This document shows positions 36,401 to 46,771 of a DNA stretch of 64,000 nt, piece by piece. The DNA is from Piromyces finnis finn (lineage: Eukaryota; Fungi; Neocallimastigomycota). Where the stretch lies: NCBI GenBank assembly GCA_002104945.1, contig MCFH01000038.1, positions 1 to 64,000 on the forward strand, given 5' to 3'. Each line of letters begins with the position of its first letter. The stretch's first letter is position 1. The notes under the pieces are model-generated. The model saw only the letters and a program-made list of their open reading frames with translations, was not told the DNA's origin and did no database searches. The translations under genes and the position numbers were made by a program.

Positions 36401-37363
36401 TGGTTGCCTAGTTTTATTTCTAGTGTTATTTTTTTATTAGTGAGAATTTTTGTATTGTCAGCAGTCGTAATTTCCATTTCTTCGGCTTTATGAATTTCTG
36501 GATTTTTTAATTTATTTAAACCTCCTTTAGTTATTATATTGACGTTGGCACCTGTATCGAAAAGTATCTTTTGTTGATTTCCATTTACTTCACCAACGAC
36601 TATTGGAATTTCATAATTATGTATGGAGCTGATGATTCTTCTTGATTTTCCTTTAGTACCAAGTTCTAATTCTTTTCTTAAGGTGGGACTTATATTGAGT
36701 AGCTGTGAAAGTGTTATTTTTGGGTAATAAGTGCTTATTTCTTTAATAATATCAAATTTCTCAATTCCTTGATTTGGAATTAATTTTTTGGTAATTTCCG
36801 TAGACTTTTTCTTTTCATTATTCTTTTGTGCTTTATTTGTATTTTCTTCTTTCTTGGGAGTATTTTTATTCGTTTCCACAATATTTCTAGGACTATTATT
36901 CTTTTTAATTGACTGATTATTTTTGTTTTCTTGAATTGGATTGGTTTGACTTTCTTTAGTTTGTTCCGTGTTGACTATCACATTTTCGGACTCTTTTTCT
37001 TCGTTTTTATTGTGGTTGTCTTTATTGATTAGTGGTTCATCTTCATCTACAATAATTACTTCATCTTGCGTAGAGTCTGGATCTTCTATCATAGGTGTTC
37101 TCCTTCGAAGATCTCTAATCTTCTTTTTTTTGTTGTTTTATTAATCTTGTATTCGGCTGATTTAATATAGCTGGTTTAATTATTGGTTTATCGAAATTCT
37201 TTTTGTTTGAGTCGCTGATTTGTTTATTTTTCTTTATAGCATTAATACTAAATTTATTGTATTTCTGTTCATTCTTATATTGGAATTCTAAGTTTTCTGT
37301 TTCTGTATTATTTGCAATTTTGTTATAGTCGGAAGATTGCTTACTCCCCATAACTAATTTAAA
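33493..37363 (-). CDS. pol: Pol of E; broken by a 1-nt shift in an A8 run at 37124-37131 (ORFs 37115-37351 and 33493-37092)
   Basis: LFDTGA protease, YIDDIVVY RT, RTDAS, HEG/CHKC, TDNGSSF. Slippery U UUA AAU at 37357-37363. Confidence 0.9.
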
Positions 37364-38196
37364 TGTTGGATGTTTTCAGGACAATCATCAATGACATGAC
37401 CTATACGTTTACAATTTAGGCAAACATTTATCTTGAGTTCTGCTAATTTTTGGGTTATTTCTTTCATGTCGTTATTTTCTTCTTGATATTGTCTATAGTT
37501 TTTGTGCTTGTAATTATTATTCCATTGATTTTGATAAGTTTTATTTTCCTGTGGATGTATCGAGTTAGAGTTCGGATTATATAGTTTTGTTGTTTTATTT
37601 GTACTGTTATAAACATTCTTTTGTGATTGTGATGGCCTTTGATCATTTTTATTTTTATTCCGGTTGTCCTCTATTATATTATATAATCTTTCCTTTTTCG
37701 AAGTTATCTTCATTGCTTCTTCTAGAGTATTTGGCTCTTCTTCTAATAGTTTTTCATATATTCTAGTCCAATTTCTAAAGGCATTAACGTAATATGAAGC
37801 TATTATCTCTTCTGGAATTGACGTAGATTTTGTGGCTTCGTTCAAAATATTCATAAATCTCAAATCAAAGTCGCATATCTTTTCTCCTTTTCTTATACTT
37901 AGAGAAGATAAATCCAATATCTTAGAGTTCTTTGCTGAACTTCTTTTAAAATAGTTATTTAAATTATTTATTATTGTATTATACGAGTCAGGTGTACTCT
38001 TGTTTAATCCGTTTAACACGATAGTCCTAGCCTTTTGTTCTGTTAACGGTAGTAAAAATTTTATTTTATCCTTTTCTTCTATGTCATTAGAAGTACACCA
38101 GTACTCAAATTCAAACTTCCAATCTACAAATTTGGTTTTTCCATTTCCCAAAATTGGAAGTCTTGAAAAGGTTAACGTTTTTGTAGAAGTATCCAT
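37354..38196 (-). CDS. gag: Gag of E with CCHC knuckle
   Basis: 280 aa, CLNCKRIGHVIDDC. Confidence 0.9.
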   Translation of the reverse strand: MDTSTKTLTFSRLPILGNGKTKFVDWKFEFEYWCTSNDIEEKDKIKFLLPLTEQKARTIVLNGLNKSTPDSYNTIINNLNNYFKRSSAKNSKILDLSSLSIRKGEKICDFDLRFMNILNEATKSTSIPEEIIASYYVNAFRNWTRIYEKLLEEEPNTLEEAMKITSKKERLYNIIEDNRNKNKNDQRPSQSQKNVYNSTNKTTKLYNPNSNSIHPQENKTYQNQWNNNYKHKNYRQYQEENNDMKEITQKLAELKINVCLNCKRIGHVIDDCPENIQHLN

Positions 38197-38317
38197 TATT
38201 TTTGTATATCTTATCGAATTATTTATATAATAATAACTTATATTTTCTTAATATTAATATTTTATGATACTTCTTACTGTATGTTAATAGTAATAATATT
38301 GTTATTCTTTTTACTAT

Positions 38318-38359
<42 letters not shown>

Positions 38360-39512
38360 TTATTTAAATTAATTGTATGAATGATAATTTGTTAAACTTA
38401 TCCTAATTGAATATAGTAATTAATAATTGATACTGAAATCTTTATATATAATATTTGAGTGATATTTGAATATAATATTTTATAATATTTGAATGATGTT
38501 TGCATATAATTTTTCTAATATTTGAATATTATTTTGAATTATTTGAATATAATTTTTTTTATAATATTTGCATATTATTTTGAATTTTACTTTGAATATG
38601 ATATATTAATAATATTTAAATGATATTTGAATAAGCTTTTTAAAACATAGGTTCTTAATCTTGTCTTTTGAGTATGTAATACCTATATATATAAATATAA
38701 ATGTATAAATTTGTTAGTAAAAGAAAATTTTATATTACTCTTACCGGGTTAAAATGGATTCTCCACCATTGTTACAATGTTATATATTTCTTATATAATA
38801 ACTTATTATTATCTTAATTTAATAACTTGAAGTTATTAAAAGTGATAATAATTTGTAACAAAAAAAAAAAATAAATAATTTGTTTTATTAAAACACAAAA
38901 TCTATAAAAAAAATATAATGTTTTATTAATAACTATTTTATTAGTTAAATTTTATTAAAAAATAATGTGTTTATGATTATTAACTATACTAATAATAATG
39001 TTTAAATAAAGGAATTAAAAGATTATTTATATTTTTCTATTAATATAAACTTTAATTTATCTTCTTTAATTATGTTTTGTTATAAACAAATATTTAATTA
39101 TAAATATCTAATTATTAATTACATTATAGTTTATTTACATGTTAATAATATCGGAATTTTAAAAATAATTATTTGTTTATTTATTTATTTTTTACTTAAA
39201 TACTAATTAATTATAACTAAATTTAACTTTGTTTTGAATTATTATTTTAATATTTATTAATTTATTTCTACATTTAATTTTATCTTATTTATTTATTTAT
39301 TATAAATTTGTTTTTAAGTTTAATATTAAATTGTTAATTAGAACTTACTTATATAATTTTATTTCTTCATTAATAATTATTGTTGTTTTTATAATCATTT
39401 AAGTTTGCCTTATATCAACATGTAAGAAATAATAATTATTTCAATCTAAATAATTAATATTTCTTATTAGTTTAATAATTTATTTATTTATTTAGTTACA
39501 TAATATTCTATA

Positions 39513-39788
39513 CACTTAATTTATTTATTTAATTTATTTAGTTAAATAATATTTTATGCACTTAATTTATTTATTTAATTTATTTAGTTAAATAATATTT
39601 TATGCACTTAATTTATTTATTTAATTTATTTAGTTAAATAATATTTTATGCACTTAATTTATTTATTTAATTTATTTAGTTAAATAATATTTTATGCACT
39701 TAATTTATTTATTTAATTTATTTAGTTAAATAATATTTTATACACTTAATTTATTTATTTAATTTATTTAGTTAAATAATATTTTATA
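39513..39788. repeat. 46-bp tandem repeat x6 in U3 of the G LTR (also 44898-45173)
   Basis: Unit CACTTAATTTATTTATTTAATTTATTTAGTTAAATAATATTTTATG, six copies in each LTR. Confidence 0.93.
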
Positions 39789-40464
39789 CATTTGATTTTT
39801 AAATAATATTTATATATAAGAATCCTGTAATTTAATTGTGTATTACTAATTAATTTACATATTATATCTAAACACGGATTTACTTTAGGAAATCGGTATT
39901 TTAAGGTTTTCCCGATTATTATAATTGGTTTTACTTAAAATTTACACGATGACTAATATGATTAGAATATTGGTCGAAAACTTGTTTAGGTTTTTCTTCT
40001 AGTCTTTTCCTAAACATTTAATTTGTTAAGATTAGAACCCATTTATTTAACCTTAATTTCTAATAAAAATATAAATAAGACACTCTTGAAATTCTTTAGA
40101 AATTCAAGAGTTATTATTATAAGAAAAATTAATTATAATAAATAACAAATAATTCTATTTTAATAAAAAACATATTATTAAAACATAATTTTAATACATC
40201 TCACTCTTATCCTCCTTCCCATTTGTGTTTTTGTTGTTTATTATAAATCCTTATAATAAACTCGCTAAGTTCTAATCTTAATTCTATATTTAATTTTTTA
40301 TTATTTTTTTCTTTCTATATACATATAATTTAATATTAAATTTTAATATTGAGTTATCAATAAGTAATTATATTGTACTATTTATTATATACATTACAAT
40401 ATAATTACTACAATAATAACTCTTCTCCAACAAACATTGAAAAAAAAAAAAAAAATACACCAAT

Positions 40465-40503
<39 letters not shown>

Positions 40504-40592
40504 GAATAAAATAAAATATTAAACCAATCAATTAAAAAAAAAAAAGAATAATAATAATAATAATTAGAATTAGAATAATAATAATTAGAATA

Positions 40593-40626
<34 letters not shown>

Positions 40627-40724
40627 AAATAAAATAAAATAATTATATATTTATATATATTTCCATCACTAATACTATTTTTTTTTATATAATATATTAT
40701 TTCAATAATATTGGAAAAAATAAT

Positions 40725-43700
40725 ATGGACTACCCCGAACGTAATGAAATAAATATTGCTCAAAATATTAATGAAAAAAATAATGGAGTACAAGATCCCC
40801 AAACTTCCAAGCTTATCACAGCTATTACTGATTTCATTCCTGCTTTTTTTTCCCCTAATGGCATCCTTTCTAAAGAGAATGAAACAAAAAATCCAGCAAA
40901 TATACTTGAAACTTTAATTCAAAGTGAAGAATTTTTTAAGGAACATCCAGAATCCTTTAGAAATGAAGAATCAAGAACCTCTTTTGTAATCAATAAATTG
41001 TCTGGAAATGCAAGAAAATGGGGACTCTCCCTCTTAATAGATGGAACTATTAAGAAAATAAGCTATGATCAATTTAAGAATCTTCTACTGGATAATTTCG
41101 ATGTTGGAAGTGAAAGGAAGCAGAAATATGTGATAATGGAAAAGCTGTGGAAACTTAAGCAACTCCAGTTAGGTAGTGTTGTTGAATACACTATCGAATT
41201 TCGAAGGTTGGCTGGACGTCTAGGATGGCCTGATGAAGTACTAATTGATATAATTGGAAAAGGTCTTGATAATCGTGTTCGTGACGAATTTGATAAGTTA
41301 GAAAAACCCAATTCATTATTTGATGCAACTAACATAATTATAGGATTAGATAAGAAATGTTATTTAGAAAATTGTCTAAGGGAAAAGAACAGAAATTCTA
41401 GAGATAGCAAATCCTATTTTAAAAGGAGAAAAGAACTAAACAAAATAGAAAAACACTCAAAGCACTTTCATCAAAGGAAAAATAAATTCAAAAATGACAT
41501 ACTCTCTGCAAATTATACTCCGAATGGGAAGACATCCATTACTACATCATTTTACCTATTTGTAAATGGAAAAAACGTAAAGGTAAATTTACTAATAGAT
41601 TCAGGTTCTGCAAGAAGTTTTATATGTAAGAACTTTGCTAACAATACCAAAATTCAAACTTCTGGACTCTCCTCTCCCATAAACATTCAACTTCCAAACG
41701 GAAAGAGTATGACAATAAAGCAAACTACCAAACCTCTGAAGTTGAAGATAATGGACCATTCAGAGACTTTTGAGTTTTGCATTGCTGACCTCTCTCTTCA
41801 AGGTATTAATGGAATTCTCGGAAGGGATTGGTTATCCTTACACAATCCCTTCATCAATTATAAAACCAATAAAATTTACTTCATCGGTAGTTTCTGTGGG
41901 TCTCACTGTCCCTCCTCAAAAAAGAACAAAATTTTTAGACAATACGATAATATTACTGCTTCCATGGTAGAAGATAAGGAAGCAAATAAGAAAAATAATC
42001 TCGATTCTATTATTCCTGATATGATCTCTGAGGATGGTCTTCTTGATACAGACTTTTGCGCAGCTATGCCTATTGGTGAAGAAACAAATAACAATGATCA
42101 GACTAAGTATGTGATAATTAGCCAGTATTACTCTGACCTTAAATCAGTTTTTGAAAAGAAAGAAGCCGAGAAACTACCACCTCACCGGGAATATGATATT
42201 TCTATAGACCTTATCCCTGGTGGTCAATTATATTTTGGACCAATATACTCCCTCACTGTACCCGAAATGAACACGTTAAAGGAGTATATTAAAGATAATT
42301 TAAAAAAGAACTTCATTAGAAAATCCAAATCGCCTGCTGGAGCCCCAGTTCTCTTTGTTAAGAAACACGATGGAACCCTTAGATTGTGTGTTGATTACAG
42401 ACGTCTGAATGCCATCACCATTCGTAATAGCTACCCGATCCCAAGAATCAATGATCTAATTGAATCTTTTAAAGGCGCTAATATTTATACCCGCTTAGAC
42501 CTCAGATCTGCATACAATTTGGTAAGGGTTAAAGAAGGTCACGAATATCTCACTGCTTTCAGGACACCGTTAGGGCATTTCGAATATCTGGTGATGCCTT
42601 TTGGATTAAGAAATGCTCCATCTGTATTTCAACGTTTTGTCCAAGATACCCTTAACAACACCATAGGATCCTTTGTGCAAGTATATCTTGATGATATCAT
42701 CATCTACTCTTGTTCCCTCCAAGAGCATATAAATCACGTTCGGATAGTTCTTAAATTACTCCTGGATAATGGATTATACGTTAAGTTGGAGAAATGTGAC
42801 TTTCATGTTTCTGAAACTACATTCTTAGGTTTTACTGTTTCTACTAAGGGTTTGTCTATGGATAAGAATAAGGTTAAGTCAGTATTAGACTGGCCGATAC
42901 CAAAAAATATTAAGGAATTACAAAGCTTTCTTGGTCTTTGTAATTTCTACAGAAAATTCATCAAAGATTTCGCTTCTTACATGGAACCTTTGCGTAAATT
43001 GCTAAAAAAGGGTAATGAATTTATTTGGGATGACTGTGCTGAAAACTCTTTTAATAAATTAAAGGACGCATTTAGAGTCGGAGAAATATTAATCTTTCCT
43101 GATCCGGAAAAAGAGTATATTGTCGAAACCGACGCAAGCGATTTTGCTGTTGGTTGTGTTCTCTCCCAAATCAGCGATCTTGATAATTTATTACATCCAG
43201 TTGCCTTCCACTCCAGATCACTTAACAATGCCGAAACTAATTATACTATATACGATAAAGAACTTTTGGCAATTATAACTGCTTTCGATACCTGGAGACA
43301 CCATCTGGAAGGTGCTAAGTACCCCGTTCAGATAATTACAGATCACAAAAATCTGTTATATCTTAAGAAGCCTCAGCATCTAAACCAAAGGCAGATACGC
43401 TGGAGCCTTTTTCTTTCTAAATTTGATTTTAGAATTGCATTCAGGCCAGGTTCAAAAAGTGGGAAACCCGACGCGTTATCAAGACGACCAGACTATAAAA
43501 AAAACACTAATATGAAACCTGTAACGATATTTAATAATAATGATGTATTTTGTTGCTCAATGAATGATAATATTGACAACCTTATCAGTGCTCAAAAAGG
43601 CGACAAATTTTGTCGAAATACTTTAAATAAAATTAAATCGAGCTCCGGAAACATTAATAGTTCATTATTTAGTCTTATTGATGGTGTTTTACATTTCCAA

Positions 43701-44810
43701 AAACGCATCATCGTTCCATCTTCGCTCAAGGTAAGATTACTTAAATCCTTCCATGATGCTCCAACTAGTGGCCATCAGGGGGTAGATAGGACTTTTGAAA
43801 AACTCAAAAGATCCTACTGGTGGCCTAATATGAAGAAAGATATCTCAAATTATGTTCTTTCGTGTGATGTCTGCAGTAGAGGTAAGATTCGTAGACATAA
43901 GCCTTATGGTAAATTATTACCTCTTCCTATTCCTACAAAACCCTGGGAAGTTATTGGCGTTGATTTTATTGTCTTTTTGCCTCCATCTAAAGATTGTACA
44001 TGCATCATGGTTGCTGCTGATCATCTAACAAAGATGGTTCATCTAGTGCCTTGTGCAGACGTCCCCTCTGCTGACCTCACTGCTAAACTCCTATTGTCCC
44101 AAGTGTTCAGATATCATGGATTTCCTAAAGTAATAGTTTCTGACCATGGCTCTCAATTTTCATCTCAATTTTGGACTTCTTTATGCTCCGCTATTCATGC
44201 TAAACCAAGTCTTGCTACCGCTTTCCATCAACAATCCAATGGACAAATTGAGAGAGCGAATGCTGTCATCGAACAGTATCTTAGATGTTATTGTTCTTCA
44301 TCCCAAAATGAATGGTGCTACTATCTCCCTCTCTGTGAAATGGCATATAACAACTCTATTAATAGATCAATTAATCAAACACCATTTCACGCTAATTATG
44401 GATTCCATCCCAATTGCACTATTGATTCCCCTCCGATTCTCCTAAAGGATAATGCTTCTGTACTAACAAGAAATTGGGCCTCTCATTTTGACGCACTTCG
44501 ACAACACCTTATAAAAGCTAAAGAGGATTTCAAAAAATTTGGTGATAGAAAAAAATCCGTTGGACCCTCTTTACAAATTAATGATTTAGTAATGTTGAGA
44601 AGACATTATTTTTCTAACGAACCTTCTAAGAAACTTTCCACTCAATATCTTGGACCATTTCGTATTTTGGAGAAGAGGGAAAGAATGAACTACCGCTTGG
44701 AATTACCAGAAAACTTACACCTACATCCGGTATTTCATATATCCCAATTAGAGCCATATATAAATAGAAACGACGATTTGAAGGAACCAGATATAAAAGG
44801 GGCAATGTAA
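40725..44810 (+). CDS. gag-pol: Gag-Pol polyprotein of G
   Basis: LIDSGS, YLDDIIIY, ETDAS, HDAP..GH/CDVC, SDHGSQF, GPF motif. The stop codon lies inside the first 5 nt of the 3' LTR. Confidence 0.97.
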   Translation: MDYPERNEINIAQNINEKNNGVQDPQTSKLITAITDFIPAFFSPNGILSKENETKNPANILETLIQSEEFFKEHPESFRNEESRTSFVINKLSGNARKWGLSLLIDGTIKKISYDQFKNLLLDNFDVGSERKQKYVIMEKLWKLKQLQLGSVVEYTIEFRRLAGRLGWPDEVLIDIIGKGLDNRVRDEFDKLEKPNSLFDATNIIIGLDKKCYLENCLREKNRNSRDSKSYFKRRKELNKIEKHSKHFHQRKNKFKNDILSANYTPNGKTSITTSFYLFVNGKNVKVNLLIDSGSARSFICKNFANNTKIQTSGLSSPINIQLPNGKSMTIKQTTKPLKLKIMDHSETFEFCIADLSLQGINGILGRDWLSLHNPFINYKTNKIYFIGSFCGSHCPSSKKNKIFRQYDNITASMVEDKEANKKNNLDSIIPDMISEDGLLDTDFCAAMPIGEETNNNDQTKYVIISQYYSDLKSVFEKKEAEKLPPHREYDISIDLIPGGQLYFGPIYSLTVPEMNTLKEYIKDNLKKNFIRKSKSPAGAPVLFVKKHDGTLRLCVDYRRLNAITIRNSYPIPRINDLIESFKGANIYTRLDLRSAYNLVRVKEGHEYLTAFRTPLGHFEYLVMPFGLRNAPSVFQRFVQDTLNNTIGSFVQVYLDDIIIYSCSLQEHINHVRIVLKLLLDNGLYVKLEKCDFHVSETTFLGFTVSTKGLSMDKNKVKSVLDWPIPKNIKELQSFLGLCNFYRKFIKDFASYMEPLRKLLKKGNEFIWDDCAENSFNKLKDAFRVGEILIFPDPEKEYIVETDASDFAVGCVLSQISDLDNLLHPVAFHSRSLNNAETNYTIYDKELLAIITAFDTWRHHLEGAKYPVQIITDHKNLLYLKKPQHLNQRQIRWSLFLSKFDFRIAFRPGSKSGKPDALSRRPDYKKNTNMKPVTIFNNNDVFCCSMNDNIDNLISAQKGDKFCRNTLNKIKSSSGNINSSLFSLIDGVLHFQKRIIVPSSLKVRLLKSFHDAPTSGHQGVDRTFEKLKRSYWWPNMKKDISNYVLSCDVCSRGKIRRHKPYGKLLPLPIPTKPWEVIGVDFIVFLPPSKDCTCIMVAADHLTKMVHLVPCADVPSADLTAKLLLSQVFRYHGFPKVIVSDHGSQFSSQFWTSLCSAIHAKPSLATAFHQQSNGQIERANAVIEQYLRCYCSSSQNEWCYYLPLCEMAYNNSINRSINQTPFHANYGFHPNCTIDSPPILLKDNASVLTRNWASHFDALRQHLIKAKEDFKKFGDRKKSVGPSLQINDLVMLRRHYFSNEPSKKLSTQYLGPFRILEKRERMNYRLELPENLHLHPVFHISQLEPYINRNDDLKEPDIKGAM

Positions 44811-45813
44811 GAAATAATAATTATTTCAATCTAAATAATTAATATTTCTTATTAGTTTAATAATTTATTTATTTATTTAGTTACATAATATTCTATACAC
44901 TTAATTTATTTATTTAATTTATTTAGTTAAATAATATTTTATGCACTTAATTTATTTATTTAATTTATTTAGTTAAATAATATTTTATGCACTTAATTTA
45001 TTTATTTAATTTATTTAGTTAAATAATATTTTATGCACTTAATTTATTTATTTAATTTATTTAGTTAAATAATATTTTATGCACTTAATTTATTTATTTA
45101 ATTTATTTAGTTAAATAATATTTTATACACTTAATTTATTTATTTAATTTATTTAGTTAAATAATATTTTATACATTTGATTTTTAAATAATATTTATAT
45201 ATAAGAATCCTGTAATTTAATTGTGTATTACTAATTAATTTACATATTATATCTAAACACGGATTTACTTTAGGAAATCGGTATTTTAAGGTTTTCCCGA
45301 TTATTATAATTGGTTTTACTTAAAATTTACACGATGACTAATATGATTAGAATATTGGTCGAAAACTTGTTTAGGTTTTTCTTCTAGTCTTTTCCTAAAC
45401 ATTTAATTTGTTAAGATTAGAACCCATTTATTTAACCTTAATTTCTAATAAAAATATAAATAAGACACTCTTGAAATTCTTTAGAAATTCAAGAGTTATT
45501 ATTATAAGAAAAATTAATTATAATAAATAACAAATAATTCTATTTTAATAAAAAACATATTATTAAAACATAATTTTAATACATCTCACTCTTATCCTCC
45601 TTCCCATTTGTGTTTTTGTTGTTTATTATAAATCCTTATAATAAACTCGCTAAGTTCTAATCTTAATTCTATATTTAATTTTTTATTATTTTTTTCTTTC
45701 TATATACATATAATTTAATATTAAATTTTAATATTGAGTTATCAATAAGTAATTATATTGTACTATTTATTATATACATTACAATATAATTACTACACAA
45801 CAATTATTATAAA

Positions 45814-45885
45814 AGCAGCGTAGCGCAGTGGAAGCGTGGTGGGCTCATAACCCACAGGTCGTATGATCGAAACATACCGCTGCTA
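45814..45885 (+). tRNA. tRNA-iMet (CAT), cytosolic initiator
   Basis: Cloverleaf with A1:T72, three G-C pairs at the base of the anticodon stem, CAT anticodon, ATCGAAA T-loop (A54/A60), and a T-run downstream. Confidence 0.97.
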
Positions 45886-46771
45886 TGTCAAATTTTAATT
45901 TTTTTTAATAAATTTAAAATAAATGCGTTATTATAAATAGTATTATAAGTAATGTAACATTATTTAAAAAAAAAAATATCCAGTAAACAATAATCATAGT
46001 TAAAGAAAGGATAAAGATAATATTAAGGAAGAAACTATAAAATGATTAATAATAATTCATTATTATTGTTGCAATAATTATATTTTCTTTTCAATGCATT
46101 AAATAGTAAAAGTGGGTTTTATAATTTAATTTATAATTAAAATTATAATCTTAATTGAAAAGAATATATTTAAAAATTATAAGAATTTATATATATATAT
46201 TACAATATAGATTTGATAATATTTATTCAGTATCATAATGTATATACTATGCTTATTACGTTTTACGTTTTAATAGTATATTAAAATTAACTCATTTCTA
46301 AGCATGGATGATTAATAATCGGTATAAATTTATTTTTTCATTATTATTATTATTATTTTTTTTTTTTGGAAAGAAATTATTATAATATAATAACAGAAAT
46401 TAATATATAAATACTTATTTATATTATTGAATAACCAAATAAAAAAAATATTCATAGTGGTATATTTATTTTTTTTTACTATCATAATTAGTCATTATTT
46501 TAATAATAAAATATCATAAAAGAGCGGATAAATTTCCATCTAAAAATTAATAATCTTATTATGATAATTAATAATTAAATAAATTAAAATTAAATTTATA
46601 TTTCTTATAAATATATTATGTAATATATTAAAATTATACTTGTTTGTATATATATTTTTCATATTAAATCTTATTTTTTTTAATTAAATAAAAGTAATAT
46701 AAAAGAATTATTTTAGCTTTTTATTTTTTTTTTATTTTTTTAGTAATTTTACTTTTATATAATATTAAAAA

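Larger units (their letters stand above)
32833..39417 (-). mobile_element. Full-length element E (D-related, tRNA-Ala primed)
   Basis: 648-bp LTRs 32833-33480 and 38770-39417. PBS TGGTGGAGAATCC (38756-38768). TSD ACAA is restored when G is removed. Confidence 0.94.
39421..45797 (+). mobile_element. Full-length element G (single gag-pol ORF, self-priming type, no chromodomain), 16 nt upstream of tRNA-iMet
   Basis: 992-bp LTRs 39421-40412 and 44806-45797. TSD CAACA (39416-39420 / 45798-45802). PPT AAAAGGGGCAA (44795-44805). Confidence 0.97.

Noticed and set aside
37115-37351. Separate 78-aa gene or a second programmed frameshift in E
   Set aside because: Removing one base from the A8 run (37124-37131) fuses it to pol. 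A homopolymer error or recent mutation is simpler; reads would decide.
40464-40802. 112-aa Phe/Tyr-rich ORF
   Set aside because: It is the antisense reading of poly(A) and AAT tracts in G's leader.
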